From Ruditapes philippinarum (taxonomy: Eukaryota), in assembly GCF_026571515.1 (NCBI RefSeq), contig NW_026861391.1, positions 372,001-436,000 of the forward strand: 64,000 bases of DNA, read 5' to 3'. Positions 51,446 through 64,000 of the stretch are shown piece by piece. The notes beneath the pieces were generated by a model that saw only the letters and a list, made by a program, of their open reading frames with translations, was not told the origin of the DNA and made no database searches. The first letter of the stretch is position 1; every line of letters starts with the position of its first letter. The position numbers and the translations under genes were made by a program.

Positions 51446-54444
51446 TTTAAATCAATAATCTCGAAGGATTAGCAAAATAAAACAATACCGACGCCATATA
51501 TATTTTATATTTAATAAAGAAACCACTCTGGTAACAATTAATAAATACCTATTAATGTCAACAGATTATCAACCTCTAACGTTTCAATGGGTTTAACCCC
51601 TCTTCATCAAGGAGTTTGTTGTTTATTTTTCTAAACCACATAGTATTTTTTTCTTACACTATGCTATCTACAAATCAATATAGGAAAATGATTCATTGGG
51701 CATTCTTCATTTCATCGATCAGTGTAAGAAAAAAGAAGATTAATATGTAATTTACCCCTCGAAACTTTGTGAAGTAGTAGATAGTTACACATTCAAAATA
51801 AATTACAAGACAGAAAGTAGTGACAGCACGGAGATACATATAGTGTTGTTATTTTAAAAACAAGCATCATCCGCTACAATTTTCGATTTATTTGATTCAA
51901 ATATATAACAAGAATAATAAAAAAGAAATTTAAAATCAGTACTTTCTTCTTTTGTGCCGTCATGTTACTGTATACCCATGTTAATCTTGTTATGAATGTA
52001 AATGAAATGCAGAGCTGTATTGCCATGTTGGTCTCGTTATAAATGTAAACAAGAAAAGCATTGATGCAAAGCATCAAAGGGCGTCCAAGCAAGAAATGCA
52101 GCAAGTGAAGATGAACTAGTACACATATGATGACAAGATATTCTTATAAACTACCAGAAATGTATACCACTTATGAATGAGCGGACGAAAGACATTGTTC
52201 ATTATGAACTTTGATTGGCATGCTAGAGATTAGAATATTACTTGTTATTTCTTTATGATCGTGGTTATTAATAGCAACGGATATACATGTATGCAATCAT
52301 TTATAATCCATATGTGTAACGCATGATCAACACGTACCACACATTTGTCCCTTATTATGTACATGTTATCGCTATTAGCGAAGACCCCCTTAAGGTATCT
52401 TCTGTTCACACTTTCAGTTAGTAAAAATATAACATAACAACATAACATAACATATTCTTTATTTGGCATAAAACGACAATATACATTTATAGCCAATACA
52501 GTAAAGAATCATGTAATGTAAGAACATGATATACAATATAAATACCATAATGTTTTACAGAGAAAGTTCTTGTTGCTACAAAATTTGAATAAATTTAAGT
52601 TCCTGTTATCTTACAATAGAAGAACATCATTGATAATATAAAGACCTTGACAAAGTTGAAATGTTGTATTTGGTGCTACAAAACTTGAATAATTTTAAGA
52701 TGCTAACTGTTGTCATTTCTTTCTTAAAATGGAAAATACAAAAATTTGACAAGATACTAACTGTTGTCAGTTTTTTTCTTAAGATGAAAAATACAAAAAA
52801 ATTGACAACTGAATAAATTTAACCTACTAATTGTTGTCAACTCTTTCTTTAAATATGACACTGGTTATATTACCATGTTGATCATGTTGAGCATAATTGT
52901 TTATTATAGAACAGAACAGAACATATATTTTATTTTATTATACAATAATTGTAATATCTATTAATTTTAATTTAAAAAAATTCAAATTTTATGAATATTG
53001 TTTTCTTTTATTCTTTTTTGTGTTTTATGTGCTATTTTAATACTGAGTTTTTACTACTCTTTTTTATTAAAATTGTAAAATAAATTTTAAGAATTCAATT
53101 GTCATATTGACCGACGATTATAAGTCAAAGCTTAACTGGAAAAAGTCAGTAAATTATGGTTTATCTTTCAATATATAATATTGTTTATTCTTAAACCATG
53201 TACATGTACATTGTATTTTTCTTTATCATTTTTTAAATTATCGATCAATTGAATAATTCATAAAATCTAATTTGTAACTTTGAATAATTCCTCGGCATCT
53301 TTACTAAACATGGATAACAAAATTGAATAATTAAATAAAATGTTTCAAAGTTGATAATGTCATTTTAATACCATAAAAAATGTACCTTTTTCTCAATTAT
53401 TGTACATATCACGGATTTATATTACATATAAATCCGTGTACATATTTATTGTTTTAATCTCATATAGATAAAATGAAACATGCTATTGTTGTTTTTTTCT
53501 AATTGTAACGATATCAAACATCTACTCCAAAATCGGGAGAGATCGGACAATAAACGTGTGGTACTATTCGCCGGTCACTAGTAAATCCTGGTCAAAATAG
53601 ACCGGGAGAGACCGGCATTTACCGATAGGAGTGATAAAAAGATATATCTATAAATAGGTTTTTGGAATATTTAGGTCATCAACTGATCATTCTAGGATAC
53701 ATGTACAACAATAACATACCATGACATGATAACCGACTGTGTACTACAAAATGATAAATAAAAAACCCCGAAGAGCGCGATTTATTGACGGAAAAGGTTA
53801 TTTCATTTGTAAATGTTTGCATTGCGAAAATTCATTGTAACATATCGCGACATTTCATTCTTATTTAATAATCAAGCACCCTCATACCGATCGGAATTTT
53901 CGGCTTTTATTATGACCGACTAAAAGGCTCGAGAAGTTGCTGTCGCCCTTTCACAAAATCTGATCTCATTCCATAAGAGCGCCGCGCTTCGGCGCGGACG
54001 CCAATAAAATGTGAATGAATGTAGGACAGGGTTAATGATCTACATTCAATTGGTTGTGAAATATCGAGCGTTCGCGTGAATTTCTTCCGGGTACGGTATT
54101 CAATTTTATTATCTTTAATCTCGGGTAATTTTGCTCTTAACCTACTTAAGCATTCACAAAGAAATCGAGGTAACAAGTTGTACAACATGTGATTTACGTG
54201 TACGTATAGATTTTACCTGAAATAACCAAATAAGAAAATACTTTTATACTCTTTTTTTAAAACTTTCTTTAACTGTTTGATTTATCAGTCATACAAATTC
54301 AGTGATAATTATTCAAAAATATTGTTAAATCATCTTATAGCAATTGACTTTTCATAAGTTTAAAATCTCGAGTTTGTAGTATACGATATTTTTCTAATCT
54401 AATTAGTGTCTAACCATCTTCACGTTTTGACGATTAGTAAATTT

Positions 54445-55330
54445 TATGCTACACAATACGTAAATTACATACAATACATAATGTAGAATACATACAACGC
54501 AAAACGTAAATTACATATGTACAATATAATTCGTAAATTACATACTATACAATATGTAAAATACATACAAGGCCAAATGTAAATTACATATGTACATTGT
54601 AATAATTAAATTACATACATTATAATATGTAGAATACATACAACGCAAAACGTAAATTACATATGTACAATGTAATACGTAAATTACATACAATACAATA
54701 CGTACACTTCATGTTCCATAGTATATAAACTACATATAACACAATACGCAAAGTATATACGATGCAATACGTAAATTGCATACAATACAAGACCTTAACT
54801 TTATGCTACGTAGTATGTAAACAACACAATACGCAAATTTCATGCAAAAAATACGTAAACTTCATTCTATGCAATATATGAGTATACATACTACAAAATA
54901 TGCTAACTAGAAACTTCATTATACGTTCACTACATTGTACACAATACGTAAGCCACATGTTACACAAAATGTAAACTTTATAATAAATACATGTACAATA
55001 CTAAATCCAGAAACTAGGCAATACATATACAGCATCCTTCACAATACGTTTACAAACTTCATGTTGTCCAATACGTAACTTCATAAAACACAATATGTTA
55101 ATAACAAACTACACAAATACGATTGTTAGGAAACTACCCGCCTATATGACTGAAATGCTGTTGGGAAAAGGCATAAAATGAAACAAACAAACAAACATAC
55201 TACATAAATACGAAAACCACAAACAAGACAATACATGAAGTCAATATTTTACAATATGTGAACAAACTTCATGCCACACATGACGTAAACTACTTTCTAC
55301 TTAAGCCATTAACTACATACTACACAAAAT
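54445..55330. repeat. Degenerate ~22-24-bp tandem repeat (TACAATACGTAAATTACATA-like)
   Basis: Repeated CGTAAATTACATA / CAATACGTAAA motifs decaying rightward. Confidence 0.75.
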
Positions 55331-55471
55331 GTTGAATTCATGCTACGACAGTCCTTTTGTTTGAAACTGTATCGAATAAGAAAAAAAAAATGTAAATATT
55401 TTTAATTTTGGTATCCATGTATCATTTTCCCCAAAAGCTGAAAAGCATATGTCGTAATAAACAACTTTAAT

Positions 55472-55692
55472 TGTTTGTTTGTTTGTTTGTTTCATTTTAC
55501 GCCTTTTTCCCAATAGTATTTCAGTCATATAGGCGGATAGTTTCCTAACCATCGTTCCTGGAGAGTTACACCAGTACTAGACTACCTTCCTTCGCGCTAA
55601 ACTACCAAAGCATCTCCCGGGGATCGAACCCACGCAAGAGATGTAACTGGATTAGAAGTCATCGACTATAACCCATCGACCACGGAGGCGGT
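55472..55692 (-). mobile_element. tRNA-derived SINE (Arg-TCT-like head) with (AAAC)n tail
   Basis: Minus strand GCCTCCGTGGTCGATGG...GACTTCTAATC...GGTTCGATCCC, then body and AAAC tail. A 3' fragment of the same family lies inverted at 55125-55197. Confidence 0.75.
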
Positions 55693-55775
55693 ACAAACAT
55701 CTTTGATACTTGAATACTAAGCCAACATCGCAACAATTCGAGTAGTGAACAGAATTACATTACACTTACATATAT

Positions 55776-56193
55776 TGATTGGCTGATTTGGTACGCTTTT
55801 GTGCGTCTAGTTGGCGCTAGCGACAACACGACAAAGCGATAAACGGAGCGTTGTAGGCCTTTCGTCTTGTCGTCCTGTCGCTAGCGACAACATGACAAAG
55901 CGCCAAACGGCGCGTTGTCGCTCTGTCGTCTTGTCGTCCTGTCTCTAGCGCGGCACGCCAAACGGCACGATGTCATGCGGCGCGTTATCGCGATGTCGCC
56001 CTGTCGCTTGACTTATAAGCCAATCCTTTAATTTGAACCGAGCGACAATGTGACATCGCGACAACATGCCGCATGACAACGCGCCGTTGGCGTGCTGCGC
56101 TAGAGACAGGACGACAACGCACCGTTTGGCGCTTTGTCGTGTTGTCGCTAGCGCCAACGCGACGCACAAAAGCGTACCAAATCAGCCACCATA
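55776..56193. mobile_element. GC-rich fold-back MITE with internal TGTCG/CGACA repeats
   Basis: Long inverted arms TGGCTGATTTGGTACGCTTTTGTGCGTC..GTTGGCGCTAGCGACAACACGACAAAGCG and its reverse complement at 56130-56188. Confidence 0.85.
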
Positions 56194-56608
56194 CTAACAT
56201 GTGATCCACGGCGTTTAAGTACTCCTTTGCTAATAATGATGTTGTATGCTTGTTTTTTTGTTTGTTATTGTTGTTGTTTGTTTGTTCTGCTTTTGTTGTT
56301 GTTGTTCTTCTTCTTCTTTTGAATTTATAGTAACATCACTGTTTTGAGAATGCCGGCGTATTTTTAATTAGAAGTATTTTGTGATTTACTACGTAGATCA
56401 GGAAAACGTATGAAATTATATTAAGCACATTTATCAAATGGGTGTAACTGATTTGAGACAAGTTATACCTCATTTTGATTTGTTGGTAACAAATTTGTGC
56501 AGATCTTGTGATATTTTAGTGTTTTAAAGAGCAATGGTTGAACGCACCATAGCGTTTGAAAATTTAGACACACCATGTGACAAAATGTTAAAACACTAGT
56601 GTTACAAA

Positions 56609-56667
56609 GGGAATTTCGGACTTAGTTCAGTCAGAGAGGACGTCCGGCTTAAGAGGTTAGTATAAAA
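56609..56667 (+). promoter_or_regulatory. Proximal promoter of IL-17 #7: kB-like site, GGACGTCC palindrome, TATA
   Basis: GGGAATTTCGGAC (56609), GAGGACGTCCGG (56636), TATAAAA (56661); conserved at #8. Confidence 0.7.
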
Positions 56668-56716
56668 TATTTCAAGAATTATAAGCTTAAAGCAATTTGT
56701 TAACTAAACTGACAAG

Positions 56717-57610
56717 ATGTACATAATAAAGGTATTTTAGTTTGATGAAATGGAGAACAGTTTCAAAGTTCTTAAACAGTTACAACTCTTTTTTGAAAAA
56801 TTGTTAATCATACGTATTTGTAGTTTACATTTTTTTCAAAGACATATGTATCTAAATTTTACTGCACTGCCTAAGCCGGTACTAGGGGTGCAGACGGTTA
56901 CTAGCTCTTAAAAGAACCGTTTAGAAACTGACTTAATCAAACCGCATCCGGTCTCTTTTTCCTTCTTGTCTTTTGGATGTTTTAAAGCATTTTGTTTCTA
57001 TTTTTACAATCAATGTTTAACTGAATGTTATTATTACTTCTTTCAGTTTATCGTTGTTTTGTTGGCGGTAAAACAGTTCAAACAAACTTCAGCGTGTAGA
57101 GAGCCAAAGAACATAAATATAGAACTAGCTCGTGCATTTTATGACCTTTACACAGATGACAGATTTAGTAACTTCTCGTTAAATATAGTACCTTGTTTGT
57201 CGTCTAGCAAAATCATCAAGAATACTCATAAACAAACTGGAAGCAATGAACACACGCGAAAGTCATCCGGCAAATGCGTTATTCCTGAAAATGGAGGAAA
57301 TGTCATAACTGACAGTGAGCGTAATCATGGAGAGATGTGTCCCTGGAATTATGTTATAGATTTTGACGAGAATAGATTCCCTAAAAGATTGGCAAAAGCC
57401 GTTTGCCAGTGCGAGCATTGTCATAGGGGATCGTGTCGCCCTATACATTCATATATTCCAATTTTAAGGAAAGAGTGTGATTTATATTCTGGTCAATATG
57501 TGTTTAACAAGTATATAGAGGAAGTGCCTGTTGGTTGTCGATGTACTCGCGCTAGAACAACATCGCAAGAAAATATTTTTAGACATCGTTTGTACAGGAT
57601 ACAAGAGTAA
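56717..57610 (+). CDS. IL17: IL-17-like cytokine #7 (exons 56717-56731 and 57047-57610)
   Basis: Exon 1 MYIIK|GTATTT, acceptor TTTCAG at 57046; MCPWNYVIDFDENRFPKRLAKAVCQCEHC...CRPI...VPVGCRC; TATAAAA at 56661. Confidence 0.92.
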
Positions 57611-58791
57611 GCTACCACCCGAGGAGAAGCAATATTAACAGTTTGTTTGTTTATTTGTTACGTTAAATAATGTGTATAGTGTTTATCCTGCTCTAGTCTT
57701 AAAATTGTGCTACAATTCCATCTTTTTACTCGATTTATTTGTAATGTCAACACTTTTGTTATCTTTATTTTGTAATTATATCTCTTTACGTTCCATTTTA
57801 CAAATATACAAAGGAATAAAGAATGTTAAGCAAATATCAAAATTAGTGTTTATTTGATTATATGTAATCATTGCATTGCATGATGTTCAAACTCGGTTCA
57901 AGGGTCTATTCATTAGAAAAAACTGAAAGGTACAATATCTCTTAAGCCCCTTTGCACCTGCTTAAGCAATATTCAATCTTCCAAAGAATTGTAATCAATT
58001 ATCTCAAAAGACCGGATAAAGATATATGATAAGCATCGAAATGACTTAAGTGAAAAGTTTTTAAAGCTTTCAAACTTGTTCATATTATTTCAACGTGGTC
58101 TCAATTAAACAATATCTAATTTTGAAACAAAGGTTATTTTGGTAATTTTAAAAGTAAAAATCTATAAAAACAAACAATAAGCTATCCTTAATCTGCTGAA
58201 TGCATTAAACAACTTGTGAAACTCCCATGTTTTGACGTGTCAAAGATGGAAATATGTTGGTCATTTAGCCAATAGCCTGGTCAGATACTACGATTTTGCA
58301 AGCTTGTATGACTCTTTACAGGAGACAAATTATTATAAAGGACGCTTTATAAGATTAAGGATTAACATTTGTTCTTTATATCTTATTTATGGCATCAGTT
58401 TAAACACATTCACTTGGAAAGCTAGGAAATTCTATTTCGATCAAAAACAATCAGTACAAAAACATTTCTAAGGTCGGATGACTCCGATTTTTATACCTAG
58501 TAAGAAATACAATTTCATTACAACAATTAAAACACTTTCCTTTTTTAGATGTTTCAAAGCAAGGAGTAGCATTTTTATGTTGAAACTAAAAGGACCAATA
58601 ATACATGTAAATACATGTAAATCAAAGCTGGAATCAATGGCTATGAAAATCAATGACTGTGAAACAATGATATTTAAATTCAAACTTAAATGTTTTAGGA
58701 TCGGTAAAATTTCCGCATCACAAACATGTTTATATATGTCTGATTATGTGTATATATTTATACACTGTTAAAATAGAGAAAAACAGAGTCC

Positions 58792-58982
58792 TTAAAGAAA
58801 GCCCAACACGGCAAAATTGAAAAAGTTTGGTTTGATTGAGCCTGTTCATGGACGGTACTGGAAAGTGCAAGTTACCTTCCACGACCCATATCACCGACTT
58901 AAGCAGAATTCACCATTTAAACACGAAAATGGTGAAATTTTGAATTCAGAAACATCCGCCAAATAAAAGAATGCGTGTGACC
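58792..58982 (-). repeat. Multi-hairpin dispersed element, copy E
   Basis: TTAAAGAAAGCCCAACACGGCAAAATTG...TTTGATTGAGCCTGTTCATGGACGGTACTGGAAAGTGCAAG...AAACATCCGC. Confidence 0.85.
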
Positions 58983-61900
58983 TAAACGAGAAAACAATGG
59001 GCGGAACTATTTGAAAGGGGATATGAGGTTATGAAGTCTGTATATCACATACTTTACGTCGAAAGACAATTTAAAAAGCAGGCAACATATCCTAAGGGTG
59101 ATTATACAGTATTCAAGTAGAAATACTGGAACCACCCAAGTTGAAAGAGACCAAAAGGAAGAAACTAAAAATACCACATATCATGTATACACAACAATTA
59201 TGTCGTGCCAAACGATCTTCTAGGATCGAAAATATAAAATCTTTTATTAAATGTACGGGGAGACTTTTTACAGCCGTGTATTGTACTGACCGACGTTAAA
59301 ATTTTACATTTGTTTTAATATTTTAAGTAGTTACTGTAACAGAAAGTCAAACAGACATATACACTGTATTTTACAAATTACATTTACATATATTGAATTC
59401 ATATATGATATATATCCACCCTAAATGTTATTTTCAAGTATTATTAAAAGAAAAACATTTTCATCAAGACATTGGGTGATACATGACATAACACATTCTA
59501 TACATTCGGCTCATGTATCATCGTACAATCCCTGAGGTTTTCATCTTAAGTGTACGTTTAGATTTCAAAGATCTTTTAAAAGATATATGTATTAAGTCGG
59601 ATGTTATAACATATATTAAATGAATACTTTCATGTTTTTGTAAATATTAGCAACATGTCAATTAAATCATTGACAACACTAAAATTAATAAGTACTAAAT
59701 TGTAAATTGTAAATAAGTCTCAGAAATTCATAAATAAATGAATGATAATTTTTTACACAATGCTTAAAATATGACAGATTGAGAAGATTCGCTTTCTTTA
59801 TCTGGAAAATTTTATAAATAAGATTGCAGTGTCAGCTATGGTGTGTGGTCAGAACTCGGCAGCGAAAGATGCCTTACATGCCTTAACAGGCGGATTGGCC
59901 CTAAATAACGCCTAGAATAGCTGAAAAGCTCTTTAACTCGACAGTAAGACCGTCACTTCAGTCACTAATTGTTTATATGTGTTTGCTTTCTTCGTACTTG
60001 CCAATTACGAATTACTAGTATTTTATTATAATAAACTTTCATTTCAACTTACATTTGTTTTTGCTGTACTGGTTATATGGCACGACAAAGTAGAAACTAG
60101 TGTTAAAGTCGGAAGATTATGTATTTTGTTGGAAGTCCTTCTGTATGCCTTCTTTGAAACATGGTCTTATTATTGTTCATACCAAACAACACAATCCGTA
60201 TGTGAGCTATCCGTGTTTTATCTATTGTAAGTTATATATACTTATATAACAAGCACATCATTGATAGATGATATTCAGCTTCGTATGTATGTATGTAGTT
60301 TATGCTTAATGAGGGTCCATCCGCCCGTAAGGGCACAAAATGCAGCTTTTGCTGTCGAGTACAGACCCCGGACATAACACAAATCATGCCCTTTAAGAGT
60401 TAATTTTGAAGGATAAAGAGGTGAAAATTAACCTCATGCAATTTCCACGGAGTATTAGCAAAAGATATGAATTTTGAGCCAAAAAAGGTCATTGTACGGC
60501 GGTCAATGAGAACCTAAATGTACAGCAACCTATGACAATATGAAAGGGTAGCCCTGAATGGGCTGTTTGTGCCAGCAAAAGGCCTGCAGTTCAAGCCGTC
60601 TAACTGTGCTAGGGGCTTTAGTCAGGACATCGGCAGCTGGTCCGCAGTACAAGTTTCGATATTTAGTGCCGTCCCAAGTCTTCAAATCTTCTGCCGATGC
60701 CCTGTGTCCTCTCTACGACGTACACGTACCGATGGGAAGAAATAAGCGCGCTCTATGTATCGCCTCTTCTTAAAGTTTATACTCACAACAGTGCGTGCCT
60801 TTGCCTATTGCATTATTGTAGCTACACAAAAGAAGCATCGTACTCTATCTAAATACTGCAGGTAATGGCCATTCAGAATCATTGTTTCTTGTTACTTGTC
60901 GAGTGTTTACTTCTAAATTCCTTTTATTTATCATTTTCAGTCATGAATTAACTCTATAAAACCAAGTAATCTATTGTCTCCATTTGTTAATTGATTCAAC
61001 GAAAATCTTCGTAACTCGTTATCTGAAGTATGCCCTGTCTTATATCTATAAATATTTCATCTTTACTTTGTTGAAATAGTGATTGCACACTATTAGATAA
61101 GATATGATGGTTTTATGACTTCTTAACGGCCAATGAAGCAGTGTATAGAATAGCAAGACGGCAATAAATGAATACATGAATAAACAATCTAAACCAAACG
61201 ATTAGACTCGAAAAAAGGAAAAATACACAGCGAAAAAATAAATTAATGTAAAATATGAATGAATGTATTCTGACAATCATAATATTTAAGTGTGTGCTGT
61301 TAAAATAGAGGATAGAACCCTCTACATTAGTAAGTTAACTGTGTCTTTACTTAAAATTCTCAACGTTTATTGTCGTTGTTTATTTTTTCTGGCGAGCGAA
61401 AATACCTTAGCAGAAAAAAACTAAGAACGCACATAGAGCAGACATATCACCATCAACGTGTTATTTGCATTTAATCATTTTTTCCCATTTTTTATTATGT
61501 ATTTTATCTAAAATAATAGATATACTTACATTCATCTATGTACACATAAAGTCGCAAGCATATTATAGATTTTAATATACTACATGTTGTATGATTAAAA
61601 CATAAAATCATGCTTCATTATCGTAACAAATTATTTGTAATAACGAAAATCATCAAGGTGACGATGAAGTAAATTATCTGCAAGTGTTATTGTGGTGTAT
61701 TATGAGCCCTAACACACTTGTAGAAATTGTTGGTAAAAATTGAAATACGTTAATATAAATTTAGGTTACATTTTAAACCAGTTTCATGTACTGGTGAGTT
61801 TTAGTTTCTCTTAAGCTATTTGCATTTGAGTTAATCATCAATGACTAATTGCATTTGATAAAATGTGCACATTATACAATTAATTACAAATGTACCACTT

Positions 61901-62385
61901 CTGCCAATATGAGTGCATGTTTTATACTCCAACGAAAACTGAACTGTTCTTTTTTAATCTAACATTGTGCAGCTTTGCAATTAACTTAAAAAACATAAGT
62001 ATATTTGGCCAAGTTACGTCAACAATACTCACAGTATACTGTCACAAATACTGTCACAGTTTACAGGACAGCAGTGGGGCACCACCTAGAAAATTCAAAT
62101 AAGCGAAAGTGTCAAATCTTTAAGTGCAATGTTCGTCTCCTATTAGGTTATCTGTCTTAAATCAAAATGTGAAACTAATATCAAACTAATAATTCACACA
62201 CCATTGACTAGGGTGGGGCTGAAATGAAAACGATGTAACATTTTGATTCGTTTTTACTTTTGGGACAAGATCAACGTAATGATAATGTTTAGCACTCATC
62301 GTAAGTGGTGGAATGCGCTGAAGCATTTAGAGAAATGATTATTATTTTTGAGTATAGCTTACAATAAAGCACTGACGTCTGTGTC

Positions 62386-62444
62386 GGGAATTCTGGACAT
62401 TTGTACAGAAGTGAGGACGTCCGGTTCCTAGGTGAGTATATATA
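62386..62444 (+). promoter_or_regulatory. Proximal promoter of IL-17 #8
   Basis: GGGAATTCTGGAC (62386), GAGGACGTCCGG (62413), TATATATA (62437). Confidence 0.7.
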
Positions 62445-62523
62445 CACACATCATGGTGTCATTGTATGTCCAGATTAATTAAGATAATTTCTAGATAGAA
62501 ACTGTCACTGAGTACCAAAGAAA

Positions 62524-63227
62524 ATGTTTTTGATAAAGGTAAATATCTTTTCTTAATATCTAACTTTATTATGCATTAATGTAATTAAGATATTTCTCGG
62601 TTTATGATTGTATTTGTTAATATTTTTAAATAGTTTATGTTTCTTTTTTTATTTCAGTGGTCTTTGATTATCATTGCGTTTGGAATGTCTCAAGAAACAG
62701 CTATATTTGCATGTAGAGAGCCTGATAATCTACACCTTGAGGTTGCCAATGCCCTTCTCGGCCTTTATACAGACGATGGATTTAGAAACTTTTCACTTAA
62801 TACAATACCATGCTTGAAATCAAATGACATTATTAGGAATATCCCCGAACACTATGACAACAGGGAACAAAGCCATATACCTACCGGCACATGTGTTATT
62901 CCTGAAAATGGAGGAAATGTCATAACTGACAGTGAGCGTAATCATGGGGAAATGTGTCCCTGGAATTATGTTATAGATTTTGACGAGAATAGATACCCTA
63001 AAAGACTGGCAAAAGCCGTGTGTCAGTGCGAGCATTGTCATAGGGGATCGTGTCGCCCTATACATTCATATATTCCAATTTTAAGGAAAGAGTGTGATTT
63101 GTATTCTGGTCAATATGTGTTTAACAAGTATATAGAAGAAGTGCCTGTTGGTTGTCGATGTATTCGTGCAAGGAGGGCAGTTCAAGGAAACGTGTTCAGA
63201 CATCGTTTATTCAGAATGATGGAGTAA
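62524..63227 (+). CDS. IL17: IL-17-like cytokine #8, paralog of #7 (exons 62524-62538 and 62658-63227)
   Basis: Exon 1 MFLIK|GTAAAT, acceptor ATTTCAG at 62657; knot domain almost identical to #7; TATATATA at 62437; AATAAA at ~63408. Confidence 0.92.
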
Positions 63228-64000
63228 ATAAAAGAACTTAAAATTAGGAATACAATTTACGAATTCGAGATTACACATTTATAGATTCTAGTCAATCATG
63301 CCATGATGTATGTATGTTTTGATTTTACTGATAAGTTTCTCGCATTAATTATAATACATGTATACACTTATACTGTCTAGAATTATTTAATTTTAATTTA
63401 TTTATTGAATAAAATTATACATATACGATATGGTTATATCTATATTACAGTTGTTAGATTCATGAACTAAAACAGTCAAAAACATAAATGCTCGTAATTT
63501 TTATACTACGTTGTTCTAAAGTATTCGAACAATGTTAATCTACAAACACGTATTTATTTTCTCATAACTTGTTTATAAGACGGTTAAAAGACACTAGAAT
63601 AAATTAAGTTGTCAAACGCGTCAATATTAAAAATGATTGGATGTATTTAATCTGGTCATAGTCAGAAATGGTCAATCCTGGCCACCACAAATCAATATGT
63701 ATCTTAACACCACCAATTTAGAAAGCCCACATATCCTTTAAATCTGACTTTACTGCTCACTGTTATTATTTCTAGTTGAAAATAACAATGTACAGTTCAC
63801 ACTTCTAGGCGCCATTATAATAACAAGGAATTATATATTATGTATCACTTAATTTGGCTTTTGTTTTCTTCAAATTAACATCTAATATATAGCACGCTTT
63901 AATTTGTTACTGTTAACAAGATTCTCTAAAATAAGACCAAATTGAATGAAAATTTATTTTTAAATAAGCTTATACCACTGGCTCAGAAGGCTTGAACTAC

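Noticed and set aside
3277-63065. Antisense or alternate-frame ORFs overlapping IL-17 exons (3277, 5098, 5276, 21579, 31272, 36114, 57263, 62820)
   Set aside because: Shadow ORFs with no recognisable protein; their similarity just mirrors the sense paralogs.

Overview
AT-rich animal genomic DNA with GT-AG introns, TATA boxes, SINEs, LINE remnants and a 142-N gap. The repeat families look bivalve-mollusc-like (inference). The window is a tandem cluster of eight interleukin-17-family (cystine-knot cytokine) genes, oriented + + - - + - + +, and I found no other host protein gene. Six genes have a recognisable 5-14-codon first exon joined by a phase-0 intron inside the signal peptide, one (#2) has an uninterrupted CDS, and the first exon of #5 is unresolved. 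Main observations: (i) three paralogs lack the same two cysteines, probably one knot disulfide. (ii) Two of these carry a basic four-Cys insertion that holds half of their amino-acid differences. (iii) Genes #7 and #8 are near-identical only over the knot domain, a gene-conversion signature, and share a promoter module with conserved spacing. (iv) An ~8.5-9.7 kb tandem duplication produced #3/#4; one copy then carries a mariner and the other a 35-bp minisatellite. (v) An abutting C/EBP + NF-kB motif pair lies between divergent genes #6 and #7. (vi) A multi-hairpin dispersed element occurs five times. All alignments and counts were done by eye.
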